Shown: in pieces, positions 40,326-49,651 of the stretch | Position numbering within the stretch: position 1 is the first letter of the stretch | Layout of the letters: each line of letters starts with the position of its first letter | From: a virus | Taxonomy: Duplodnaviria; Caudoviricetes | DNA: 64,000 nucleotides | IMG/VR virus record: IMGVR_UViG_3300033463_005840 | Coordinates: 69,200 to 133,199 of that record | Direction: 5' to 3' (one strand) | Position numbers and translations under genes: made by a program | The notes under the pieces: model-generated | What the model saw: only the letters and a program-made list of their open reading frames with translations | Database searches by the model: none | Told to the model about the DNA's origin: nothing

Positions 40326-40754
40326 ATGCAAAACCAGCAATTAACAGATTATTGTGTAGTATGTGGCAGACGGGATAACTTGGAAGCTCACCACGTTATC
40401 CCGATTTGCTATGGCGGTGACAAAGACGGTTTGCAGATTAACGTTTGCGAAACGTGTCATGCAAATATTCATAGAACCGCCGAAAGTATGCTTGCTAAAA
40501 CTGTTAAGGCTAAAAACTTCTTTACTTCGCAAGAGCTGCTTAAAAAAGCTGCACCTTATGTAAAGGCTGTTATCGATGCTAAAAGGAATTATCAAGAAGG
40601 CAACGTTTCACAAGATTTACGGAAACGCCGGCTTATTATTGTAGAGATGACTGATTTTGAATGGAAACGCCTTCATAAAAGAAAGCTGGATGCCGGATAT
40701 AAAAGTCTGGAAAAATATATACAAGATTTATTAGTAAGTCAGACTAGATTTTAA
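40326..40754 (+). CDS. HNH endonuclease with C-terminal DNA-binding-like segment
   Basis: CVVCG..EAHHVIP..GG..CETCH..H. Confidence 0.85.
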   Translation: MQNQQLTDYCVVCGRRDNLEAHHVIPICYGGDKDGLQINVCETCHANIHRTAESMLAKTVKAKNFFTSQELLKKAAPYVKAVIDAKRNYQEGNVSQDLRKRRLIIVEMTDFEWKRLHKRKLDAGYKSLEKYIQDLLVSQTRF

Positions 40755-40763
40755 AGGAAAAAT

Positions 40764-40861
40764 TATATATATTTACAAGTAATATGTTATTTTTAATAGA
40801 TTAAGGAAATAGTCTGTTTAAGACTAGCATATGAAAAAAGACTATTATGTATATTTATAAA
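40764..40861 (+). repeat. Promoter-hairpin-promoter cassette, copy 1
   Basis: Similar to 42004-42100. Confidence 0.6.
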
Positions 40862-40876
40862 GGAAAGGAAAAAGTT

Positions 40877-41554
40877 ATGAATGTTGATGTTAAATTTATG
40901 AGCAAGTTGATAGAAGAATTTAAAGATGACTATAGAGTTGAAGATTGTTATCGGGCTCTTCTTGCTTTGGAATTATCTAAAGAATTTGGTATATATTTTC
41001 GTTATGTTGATGGCAAAATTTCATGCGAAGCTTTAGGTTTTGCGAAATATATGAATGAATTTCATAGCTACGAGTCACTGAGACAGACCATTGAGAATAT
41101 GCTCGGTAGTGATTATAACGATGTAAAATTGAAAGATGCTTTCGATTATGATTTTAGTTATTCTGGTAAGGGTTTAAGGTTTGATGAGGATAAATTTGGT
41201 GCTTTTAGATTTGTGGGTAGGTTTTTGTCACCTGATATAACGCCAATTTTTCATGTAATGCTATATGTCTTAGCAGGGGAGGTTCCGGAAGATTTTAGAG
41301 AAGCCAATGCTTTTGAAGATAAGGCTCAGAAATATTCAAAAGACCACCAATACTCTTCAGATTGCCTGTTTGAGAATTATAAACACCTTAATACTGGCAA
41401 CTGGATTGACCTCGGTAAAGTTGTTGATAAATTCTTTGATGGCATTTCCCTTAAAATATTCAAGAACGGAAATGGTTTAATTAAAGGGTTAACTAACGAA
41501 GAGTGGGAAAGAGCTTTATATTTGCAAGATGTTTGCACAAAGAAGCTCCGCTAA
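40877..41554 (+). CDS. Hypothetical protein
   Basis: ORF after AAGGAAAGG. Confidence 0.6.
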   Translation: MNVDVKFMSKLIEEFKDDYRVEDCYRALLALELSKEFGIYFRYVDGKISCEALGFAKYMNEFHSYESLRQTIENMLGSDYNDVKLKDAFDYDFSYSGKGLRFDEDKFGAFRFVGRFLSPDITPIFHVMLYVLAGEVPEDFREANAFEDKAQKYSKDHQYSSDCLFENYKHLNTGNWIDLGKVVDKFFDGISLKIFKNGNGLIKGLTNEEWERALYLQDVCTKKLR

Positions 41555-41561
41555 TTTGAAT

Positions 41562-41614
41562 AAAAATCCCTCCTGCTTAAAACAAGAGGGATTTTTGTTA
41601 TATATATTTATAAG
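41562..41614 (+). terminator. Terminator abutting phage promoter motif
   Basis: aaaaatccctc..gagggattttt then TATATATTTATAAG. Confidence 0.75.
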
Positions 41615-41681
41615 GGAAGGAATTGTTTGTAGACAAACTGCTTTTCAAATTTGAGAAAACTAAAACGAAAGGAAATTATAA

Positions 41682-41894
41682 ATGAGATTTTACGATATGA
41701 AAATTAAAGATTTAAAGGAACTCTTGGAAGATACTTTAAACGCTTTAGAAGATTATGACGACGATGAAACTTTAGTGTTACATTCTAATACTTATAGCAT
41801 AGATAGGAAAGGCCATATCTATATTGGAACACGTGACGGTTTTATTGATATCGAAAATATTCAAGTAGAAGGTTATGACTACGATGAAATTTAA
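41682..41894 (+). CDS. Small acidic hypothetical protein
   Basis: ORF with RBS. Confidence 0.55.
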   Translation: MRFYDMKIKDLKELLEDTLNALEDYDDDETLVLHSNTYSIDRKGHIYIGTRDGFIDIENIQVEGYDYDEI

Positions 41895-42003
41895 CCATCT
41901 TTAAGAAAACTAAGAAAGGATAATTAAATGATTAGGAATAGTCCCTTTTCATAGATTGACGTTAATCAACTGATATTTTTGAAATAATCAAAGAAATTTT
42001 TGT

Positions 42004-42100
42004 TATATATATTTACAAGGGAGATGTTCTTTTTGATAGATTAAAAATAGTCTATTTAAGATTAATCTATGGAAAAGGACTATTCCCTATATATTTATAG
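42004..42100 (+). repeat. Promoter-hairpin-promoter cassette, copy 2
   Basis: Similar to 40764-40861. Confidence 0.6.
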
Positions 42101-42125
42101 AAAAGCAACTTCTAAAGGAATAAAT

Positions 42126-42350
42126 ATGTGTAACTGCTTTCTTTGCAATAACGAGGATAATAAAGAAGCTCAATTAGCTTACTTGAAGGGAGTTCTTCGT
42201 ACTTACGAAAGAGTCTTGAAAGACTTAGAACGTGAGGATGAAGTGCGTAACGAAGTTATGTTCTCTTTAGAAAGTGTGTATGAATATGAAATTGCTCTTA
42301 CAAAAGGGATGATTGAAAAGCTGGAAAAAGAAGGTGTTAAGTTAAAATGA
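42126..42350 (+). CDS. Hypothetical protein
   Basis: Start refined after AAGGA. Confidence 0.5.
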   Translation: MCNCFLCNNEDNKEAQLAYLKGVLRTYERVLKDLEREDEVRNEVMFSLESVYEYEIALTKGMIEKLEKEGVKLK

Positions 42351-42574
42351 TAAATCAAATTATCATTAAAAACGCTATTAAGTGCAAACATTGTGGAGAT
42401 GTAATTGAGAGCATGTCTGTTCACGATTTTGTGACCTGCTCTTGTGGTAAAGTTTCTATTGATGGCGGCCACTGCTATTTAAAGAGATGCTGTGAGTCTA
42501 TGGACGACTACGAGGATTTAAGTATTGTCGAAAATGAAGACGAAACGATAGGAGTTAAAGAAAATGGAAAATAA
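42347..42574 (+). CDS. Small zinc-binding phage protein
   Basis: CKHCGDVIES..HDFVTCSCG.VSIDGG..YLKR. Confidence 0.7.
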   Translation: MINQIIIKNAIKCKHCGDVIESMSVHDFVTCSCGKVSIDGGHCYLKRCCESMDDYEDLSIVENEDETIGVKENGK

Positions 42575-42779
42575 CTTTAATTTCAATAATCCTTTTTTAC
42601 AAAACCCTTTAATCAGGGAAGCAAACACCGAATTTCAAAAAATGTTTAATCGAAAAGAAAATGGTATTGGTTCTATTCCGTCCACATCGACAGACTATCA
42701 ATTTAAAGATTCTTATATTGAGGTTTATCGTCAGTGCGAGGATTGTCTTAATAAGATAAAGAGTTTTAAAAATGGATAA
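42564..42779 (+). CDS. Hypothetical protein
   Basis: Coupled ORF. Confidence 0.45.
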   Translation: MENNFNFNNPFLQNPLIREANTEFQKMFNRKENGIGSIPSTSTDYQFKDSYIEVYRQCEDCLNKIKSFKNG

Positions 42780-43044
42780 ATTACTTACTGTTGAAAATCT
42801 CTTTTTATTCACTTTGCTAGTAGCTTTACTTTGCAACCTCCTTTTACTATGGATTAACTTTAGAAACATAAATAAACTAAGGCAAAAGAATAATCTATGT
42901 TTTGGCTTAGGTGAAAGGTGGCTTAAATCTATTCGGAGAATCATGCACTCTTATAGAGTTAATGATAAAAACGTTTTTGAAGTTACGCTCAATGAGGAGT
43001 TTCTTATTGCCGAGGAATACGCAAAAGAGGAAGAGAGAAAATGA
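42772..43044 (+). CDS. Small membrane protein
   Basis: One TM helix. Confidence 0.5.
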   Translation: MDKLLTVENLFLFTLLVALLCNLLLLWINFRNINKLRQKNNLCFGLGERWLKSIRRIMHSYRVNDKNVFEVTLNEEFLIAEEYAKEEERK

Positions 43045-44003
43045 AAGTACCTTGGACTGCCGGCAATTATATATCTGATTTTACTTGCAGAGACTGGATT
43101 CGACCTTACATCGAATTTCCGGTAATTAATGGTTTACACCAAGTTAGAATTAAAGCAGGATGTAAAGCGTATTATCCCGACAGTTTTGATGAAAATAATA
43201 ATCCGAAATTTAGTGTTTATACCTTAGATGTAGATAGAATATCTAATATTTCAGCTAGTGTTAATAACACAACATATTGTATTTATTTATATATTCTAAA
43301 TAGTACGACTTTTGCTTATACAGGTATGATTCAGTGTTGTATGGGAACATCACCGGAATTAACGCCTTCAGCAATAGGGTCAACTACACATATTCGTTAT
43401 TGGAATACATCGACAAACAGAATGCAGTATAGTAATAACGGCGGCACTGATTGGACAGTTGATGATGGTGTTACTTTGCCGATAGCTATAGCAGAATGGA
43501 CGAAAGGCATAGGATTTACTTCTTTTACGCCTTTTGAGTTTTGCGGATGTATGGGAAATGGTGTTTTCACTTTGCCTTTTGAAGCTGACATTGCATCTGG
43601 TTTTGACACTTATGGAAATCCCGTATTATCTCATCAATCTTATACTGCTATACAAAATATTCAACTAACATGGAACGGGACTTATAATAATAAAATTTTT
43701 ATTAGGAAAAGCCAGTCCGGTATACAATTTATTAATAATAACCAGATGAATATTAGCGGAAATAGAAATCTTTACATACAAAGTGCTACACCTACTACAA
43801 CAATTAGCGCTGATTGGTATAACCCTGAGAATAATATTGTTCAATACTATTCTGCAAGTGAGGCAACTTGGACTCAAACATATAATTGGTTTATTGCAGA
43901 ATGTGGCTGGAATGGCACTAATAAAAGATTCACAATGTTTAAGCCATTCACTAATATAGATGGATTAACAGGCTTGCCTAGTTTGGCAAAGTTTTATTTT
44001 TAA
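43041..44003 (+). CDS. Receptor-binding/tail fibre paralog 1
   Basis: MKxPWT start, G.MGNG, WY.P.NN, LAKFYF end; W/T/N/G-rich. Confidence 0.65.
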   Translation: MKVPWTAGNYISDFTCRDWIRPYIEFPVINGLHQVRIKAGCKAYYPDSFDENNNPKFSVYTLDVDRISNISASVNNTTYCIYLYILNSTTFAYTGMIQCCMGTSPELTPSAIGSTTHIRYWNTSTNRMQYSNNGGTDWTVDDGVTLPIAIAEWTKGIGFTSFTPFEFCGCMGNGVFTLPFEADIASGFDTYGNPVLSHQSYTAIQNIQLTWNGTYNNKIFIRKSQSGIQFINNNQMNISGNRNLYIQSATPTTTISADWYNPENNIVQYYSASEATWTQTYNWFIAECGWNGTNKRFTMFKPFTNIDGLTGLPSLAKFYF

Positions 44004-44025
44004 AAAGCAGGGGGAGGGGAATAAC

Positions 44026-44925
44026 ATGAAAAAGCCATATACAAACGGTTGTTTTATTTCAGCTTTCCCTGAGAGAATAAAGGCAACTCTCTATCAAGGT
44101 ATTTTGACTATCAAAGCAGGTTCTAAGTTATATGTTCCAAGTGGCGTAGTTGACGGAGTTAAACAATTTACAGATTATACCGTACCTACTGATACTATTT
44201 GTGATTATTCATTATCTGCCGGCTCAGGCTTTTTGATATCTTATATAAATACAAACACTAATTATTGTGGTGCAATTTGGATTAATAGAACTTGCATTGG
44301 TGATTCACCAGAATTAACTCCTAGCAATCCTAATAATGCTACTATCTTATGGTGGGATACTGCGAATAATCTAATGAAAAGAAGCACAGATAACGGAGCT
44401 ACTTGGGCTAACACAAGTTATGTTCCTGTCTCTTCTCATGCTTTTACTCAAAATTACGGTTTCAGAGATGCCCATTTATTTAATTTTGTGGGTTGCTTAG
44501 GTAATGGCGTATGGATGTGTCCGAATATCACGTTTAATGCTCCGAATGGCTGGGATGCAGATGGGAATCCTGTTATTGCCAGTTATACATCATCGGCTCA
44601 TACTTTTAAAATTGATTCATACTCGTCTAATGTTACAGGTGGACTCATTATGGGTAATGATACCGGAGGAGGCGCTGGAAGTAGTATAGCTAGAATAACA
44701 ACAATGCAGACAACAGAACTTTTTTATCAAGATACTGCCCCTACTACTGTTTCAGGCTTTTGGTACGACACTTTAAATAATAAAAGCTACATAGTTGCCA
44801 ATAGTGCTTGGTTTCAAGATATTGATTTTCCGATTGGAAGATATAGTTGGAATGCCAGTACACAAAGATATACTAGCTTTACATTACAAACTTCACAAGA
44901 GGCGCTCGCTAAATACTACTTTTAA
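44026..44925 (+). CDS. Receptor-binding/tail fibre paralog 2
   Basis: Same motifs as paralog 1. Confidence 0.65.
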   Translation: MKKPYTNGCFISAFPERIKATLYQGILTIKAGSKLYVPSGVVDGVKQFTDYTVPTDTICDYSLSAGSGFLISYINTNTNYCGAIWINRTCIGDSPELTPSNPNNATILWWDTANNLMKRSTDNGATWANTSYVPVSSHAFTQNYGFRDAHLFNFVGCLGNGVWMCPNITFNAPNGWDADGNPVIASYTSSAHTFKIDSYSSNVTGGLIMGNDTGGGAGSSIARITTMQTTELFYQDTAPTTVSGFWYDTLNNKSYIVANSAWFQDIDFPIGRYSWNASTQRYTSFTLQTSQEALAKYYF

Positions 44926-44937
44926 GGAATCAGAGAA

Positions 44938-45825
44938 ATGAAAATACCATGGACAGTTGGGGAATATATTTATTGGTGGGAACCTCGCATTAATTTTACC
45001 TTATCAGGTGGAGTATTAACTTTGAAAAAAGGTAGCAAAGTTTATATTCCAAACGGGTTAGACGAAAACAATAATAAGGTTTTTACTGATTTTACTATAC
45101 CAGAAGATTTTCGTATGGGAGGTAGTTCACAAACTGATAACAATGATAATGTTATTAGAATGTGGAGACCAAATGTAAACACCACATTTTCTGCTGATTA
45201 TCGTTTTGTTTCATTAGGAGCTTCACCTGATTTAACTTATACAGGAGCTCCTACAAGTTCTCGTTTATGGTGGGATACCACTAATAATGTAATTAAAATA
45301 ACTAATGATATGGGTTCTACGTGGACTAACTTTGCTTGTTCTATTCCAATGCACTGGGAGAAAAGAAAAGCTGGTTATGGTATTTATGAGGCTATTCCTT
45401 TTCATTTTGTGGGGTTATTTGGAAATGGTGTTTTTAACCTTCCCTTTAAAGCGTATTGTGGAATGGGTTTTGATGAGAATATGAATCCTGTGAATTGGAA
45501 TAGTGTTGTAGAGCAAATTAACACTCAAACAGCTCCTAGTAGCTGGAGTACAAATGTGGAAAATTGTTATGTGCAACCTAACGCTTCTAGCATCGGATTA
45601 TATTGGAATGCTTTATGGGTTCAAGAGGAAGAGCCAACCGACACAAGAACTTATAATCATTGGTATAATCCGAAAACTAATCTGGCAAAGTATGGTGGTT
45701 ATGGCTCGTGGACACAAGAAGGCAGAAATTTAGTGGCAGTAGTTAGTTGGAATAACACAACAAAGCAATTTTATAATTTCAGGCCGTTTGCTTATTTAGA
45801 CAGCCTTAGTAAATATTATGTCTAA
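44938..45825 (+). CDS. Receptor-binding/tail fibre paralog 3
   Basis: Same motifs as paralog 1. Confidence 0.65.
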   Translation: MKIPWTVGEYIYWWEPRINFTLSGGVLTLKKGSKVYIPNGLDENNNKVFTDFTIPEDFRMGGSSQTDNNDNVIRMWRPNVNTTFSADYRFVSLGASPDLTYTGAPTSSRLWWDTTNNVIKITNDMGSTWTNFACSIPMHWEKRKAGYGIYEAIPFHFVGLFGNGVFNLPFKAYCGMGFDENMNPVNWNSVVEQINTQTAPSSWSTNVENCYVQPNASSIGLYWNALWVQEEEPTDTRTYNHWYNPKTNLAKYGGYGSWTQEGRNLVAVVSWNNTTKQFYNFRPFAYLDSLSKYYV

Positions 45826-45952
45826 AAAGATGCCGGAGAATCTTGCGATTTTCCGGCACCTAAAAATGACAGATATAAAATATTACACGAAGCTTCGGCT
45901 AGTTGAAGCTTAAATAGCAAGTTTAAGATTCCATTCTCAAAACTCACTATCT
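45825..45952 (-). ncRNA. Candidate structured sRNA
   Basis: TTTACT-17-TATTAT promoter (45987-45959), internal hairpins, terminator with U-tract on minus strand, no ORF. Confidence 0.45.
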
Positions 45953-46019
45953 GATTTAATAATACAAAATTTTCTGAAAAAAGTAAATAAAAAATATCAA
46001 ATCGTTTTGCTTTTTTGTT

Positions 46020-46034
46020 TATATATATTTATAG
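46020..46034 (+). promoter_or_regulatory. Phage promoter motif
   Basis: TATATATATTTATAG. Confidence 0.65.
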
Positions 46035-46061
46035 AAACTAATCATTTTGGAGAGTCTTAAA

Positions 46062-46517
46062 ATGACTGATAAAATCAAAACTATTAACAATTTTTCAACA
46101 AATACAGCATACCTTTGTCATCCAGTTACTCCTGGTGAGATATGTAATGTTGATATGATGCAAGACCCAACCTTTCAAAGTAATATACAACAAATGATTG
46201 CTAATTATACTAAGGGGAGTGGTAATGCTTCAGCTAATGGCTGGCTTTACCTTGGCAACAATACTGTTTTAGAATGGTATAATGCGAGTGCTAATACTTC
46301 AGGTGCTACAATAACACTTCCAAAAGCGATGGATGATAAAAACTATTTTGTTTGTCCTGGTTTCAATAATAAAACAGGTACGGGAGCTATTTCAACTTAT
46401 TGTACTGTTATTGTTAAAGACCAGACTACTACGAATTTTAAAGCTTTTGCATATAATGCTAACTGGGTTACGACTTTTCTTATAATCGGCAAATGCACTT
46501 TAACAGATAGAGTATAG
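46062..46517 (+). CDS. Short tail-fibre tip domain protein
   Basis: NGWLYLGNNTVLEW..TITLPKAM..TTTNF..W..IG. Confidence 0.6.
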   Translation: MTDKIKTINNFSTNTAYLCHPVTPGEICNVDMMQDPTFQSNIQQMIANYTKGSGNASANGWLYLGNNTVLEWYNASANTSGATITLPKAMDDKNYFVCPGFNNKTGTGAISTYCTVIVKDQTTTNFKAFAYNANWVTTFLIIGKCTLTDRV

Positions 46518-46529
46518 GGATTTAAAATC

Positions 46530-47108
46530 ATGGCTAAAACAAAAAAGACAACTATTGAATCAGAAACAGTTATTGATAATGCTCCTGTAGAAACAGAAGT
46601 TTCGGAGATTAAAGAGGGTGATATTTTTATTAATGATTATCCTGACGAGGCCTTTCAGTTTTGTTATAATTCAAAAGGTAAATATACAATCGTTGAAATT
46701 AGCAAAGATGAAGATGGACATCGCCGGTTTCAGATTGTTGAAGATAAGATTTCCTTAGACGAGTTAAAAGAGAAAAAAAGAAACGAGCTTAAAATAGCAA
46801 GAGACGAAAACGAGCAGGATTATTTTATCTATGATGGGAATAGATATAATTCAGACCAAGTATCTTGTACTCGCATAACTGATACTGTTTTAATCGCTAA
46901 TGCGGTCGGTGACGGGTTTAAGATAATATGGACAGATTACGATAATGTTGGACATGAATTAAATAAAGACGATATGACCGGATTGCTAATGGCACTAGGT
47001 CAGCATTCACAAGCTTGTCATTATCAATATAACGCTTTAAAAGAACAAATCGCTAATGCTACTACTGAAGATGAAATTAACGCTATTGTCTGGACAAAGA
47101 TTGATTGA
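46530..47108 (+). CDS. DUF4376-like tail fibre assembly protein
   Basis: LDELKEKK..ELK.ARD..WTDYDN..LKEQIANA.T.DEINAI.W. Confidence 0.75.
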   Translation: MAKTKKTTIESETVIDNAPVETEVSEIKEGDIFINDYPDEAFQFCYNSKGKYTIVEISKDEDGHRRFQIVEDKISLDELKEKKRNELKIARDENEQDYFIYDGNRYNSDQVSCTRITDTVLIANAVGDGFKIIWTDYDNVGHELNKDDMTGLLMALGQHSQACHYQYNALKEQIANATTEDEINAIVWTKID

Positions 47109-47144
47109 TACTCTTTAATTTATGTAATATAAAGGAATTAACTT

Positions 47145-48042
47145 TTGAAAATACCTTGGACAGATGGCAATTTTATTAGTGCTTACCCTAACCTGATTAA
47201 GTGTCGGCTTAAAGAGGGTATGCTTACACTGCTTTCAGGCAGTAAGTTTTATATTCCTAATGGACGAGACGCTAATAATAAACCTGTTTTTACAGAATAT
47301 ACAGTAACAACTGATAAAAGATGGGAAGGCACATCTTATACTGGTAGTGATACTGATTTTATTTATTTTTTCGTAAGACCATCAGGTGTTAATGGTGGCT
47401 TTCATACAAAATATTATAGAAATCTCTGTATGGGTTCAACTGCTGATTTAACAGGCATCACAAGTGGTACTTCTGTTTTATGGTGGGACACTACAAATAA
47501 TCTGTTTAAATTAAGTACAGATGTAGGCTCTACTTGGGATGTAACGTATGATTATACTTTACCTGTTGGTGTAGCTTCTTTAAAGCAAAATTACGGAGTT
47601 ACTAATTTTATTCCTTTTAATTTTGTCGGATGTATGGGAACTAATGTTTATCTTATGCCAGACGTAACACTTAATTTTCCGAATGGTGTAAATACAGACG
47701 GCAGTGGAAAGTCTACTGCAACAAATTCTGTTTGGCTTATGACAAATGAAACACAAAGTAACAATGTAACAAATGGTGGTATTTTTACCAACGGAACTTC
47801 TACTTTAGATATATGGTGGAATAGCCAAATCTTTAATCAAGATACTCAGCCTACTTCTACAGATAATTATGTAAAGTGGTACGACACTCTTAATAATGTT
47901 AGACAAATGAAGTCAAACGGAACGTGGGGGGGGGGATGACACAATCGAGATTGCACGTTTTAACTGGAATGGTTCATTTAAAAGATTCACCATGTTCAAG
48001 CCAGAAACTTGCTTAGATGATTTAAGCAGATATTTTATATAG
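47145..48042 (+). CDS. Receptor-binding paralog 4, frameshifted at G10 tract
   Basis: ORF stops at 47939; G9 or G12 at 47926-47935 restores C-terminus IARFNWNGSFKRFTMFKP..LSRYFI. Confidence 0.75.
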
Positions 48043-48052
48043 AGAGATAAAA

Positions 48053-48958
48053 ATGAAAATACCATGGACTAGAGGCAATTTTATCAGTAGTTTTCCGGAA
48101 AGAATCAAAGCCACTTTGAACAAAGGAGTTTTGGTCATTAAAGCCGGTACTAAGGCTTATGCTCCAAATGGTTTAGATTCAAATAATAATCCTGTTTACA
48201 CTGATTATGTTTTAGAAAATGATATAACAGCTTACGGCCCTTCATTTTCAGCGTCATCTGCGTATTACACTCTTTTCTTGTCTACCTATTCCGGAGCTTT
48301 AATAAATCGCTCAAGGCAATATATTTGCATGGGTGCTACTGCGGATTGGACTTATTCATCTAACCCTACTTCAGATAGACAATGGTGGGATACTACTAAT
48401 AATAGAATAAAACAAACGAATGATTTAGGTAGCACTTACTCTAATGTCGCTATGACTTTGCCAATCGGGATTGCTAGATGTATTGCAGGATATGGATGCA
48501 CAGAATTTATTCCTTTTCATTTTTTAGGTTGTATGGGGAATGGAATATTTTTATTGCCAGATGTTACATTTAATTGGGCTGATGGCATTGATGCAGATGG
48601 AAAGCCTAAGATAATTAGTAACACAAGTGCTGGAATTACTTTTGATAATAGCATAACTACAATAACGTCGAATCAGATTGATAAATACTATGCTATGAAT
48701 AAGGGGTTTGGCAGGAGCTTTTGGACTAGTTACACTCAATGGGTCTTTGGCGAAACAGAACCTACTAATGCTTCCGGAGTCTATTGGTATGATACATTAA
48801 ATAATGTAAATAAATGGTGGCAATCTTCGAGTAGTTCGTGGTACACCTCTGATAATGCCGCTTTGTGGGCAAAATATACTTATGAGGCGAGCACGCACAG
48901 ACTCAGTAATTTTCAGCCATTCACTTGCCAAGACCAGCTTAGTAAATACTATATGTAA
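48053..48958 (+). CDS. Receptor-binding/tail fibre paralog 5
   Basis: Same motifs as paralog 1. Confidence 0.65.
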   Translation: MKIPWTRGNFISSFPERIKATLNKGVLVIKAGTKAYAPNGLDSNNNPVYTDYVLENDITAYGPSFSASSAYYTLFLSTYSGALINRSRQYICMGATADWTYSSNPTSDRQWWDTTNNRIKQTNDLGSTYSNVAMTLPIGIARCIAGYGCTEFIPFHFLGCMGNGIFLLPDVTFNWADGIDADGKPKIISNTSAGITFDNSITTITSNQIDKYYAMNKGFGRSFWTSYTQWVFGETEPTNASGVYWYDTLNNVNKWWQSSSSSWYTSDNAALWAKYTYEASTHRLSNFQPFTCQDQLSKYYM

Positions 48959-48990
48959 AAAAAGACCCTCAAAAATGGAGGGTCTTTTTT
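48958..48990. terminator. Bidirectional terminator
   Basis: aaaagaccctc..gagggtctttt between convergent genes. Confidence 0.8.
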
Positions 48991-49010
48991 ATTTATAGAA
49001 ATCAGCATCA

Positions 49011-49048
49011 GAAATATGCCACCCCTTTATGGGGTGGCATTAGTTTAC
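49011..49048 (+). repeat. Solo IS200/IS605 right-end-like hairpin
   Basis: atgccacccc-tttat-ggggtggcat then tagtttac (compare tagttcac). Confidence 0.6.
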
Positions 49049-49383
49049 ATCATTCTTTCTGAGTACATTTTAAAGCACTCACCAAGAGTATTTTTCAAGG
49101 GCTCTATTGAAATATCCCTTTCGACCGGCAAACCAAACGGAGGGAAACGTAAACTTTCTAACTCGCTACGGCTAATATCCCCATACTCAAAACCGTAACC
49201 AATATCGACTAACCCAAAAAGAATATCTGGGTCGTCGGTTGGTTCGAGAATATAACAAGTAAAGCTAGACCCACCAAAGAATCTTGCAATAACTTTGGCA
49301 TTCATCCCTTTCCCGTCTTGTGAATACGGACGGACTCTTTTCAGGGCATTTTCAATTTGTTTTGTGAATAACTTTTGTCTCAT
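49045..49383 (-). CDS. DUF2958-family protein
   Basis: KVIARFF..T.YI.E..LFGLVD.G.G.E.G..S.SEL..GLPVERD. Confidence 0.75.
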   Translation of the reverse strand: MRQKLFTKQIENALKRVRPYSQDGKGMNAKVIARFFGGSSFTCYILEPTDDPDILFGLVDIGYGFEYGDISRSELESLRFPPFGLPVERDISIEPLKNTLGECFKMYSERMM

Positions 49384-49517
49384 TTTCTTTTCCTTTCTTT
49401 TATGTTTCTCTCTAACTCTAATATTATAATTTTATTATAATAAAGTAAAGAGAAAAATGAAAAAATTTTCTAATTTTTTCTATTGACATCCTAGTTATAA
49501 TTTTGTAATATAAAAAA

Positions 49518-49651
49518 TGAAGCGGCGGTTTTAAAAAGTTTCCGTTGTTTCCTTGAGGCATTGCAAAAGGGGTTGTGCTTCAAGCATCATATGCCTTTCT
49601 TATATGTTGGTGGGAATATCGGGGGATTGTAAAATTCCCCGATATTTTTTC
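49518..49651 (+). ncRNA. Candidate four-hairpin sRNA
   Basis: TTGACA-17-TAATAT promoter, three stems plus terminator, no ORF. Confidence 0.55.

Noticed and set aside
44010-44020. GGGGGAGGGGA as a phase-variable tract
   Set aside because: Interrupted run; adequately explained as a strong RBS.
45913-45930. Cas9 tracrRNA-like AAATAGCAAGTT
   Set aside because: Short match, on the strand opposite the predicted promoter and terminator; no supporting context.
43041-48958. DGR or shufflon acting on fibre paralogs
   Set aside because: No reverse transcriptase, adenine-specific repeat pair, invertase or inverted cassettes seen; all paralogs are co-oriented full genes.
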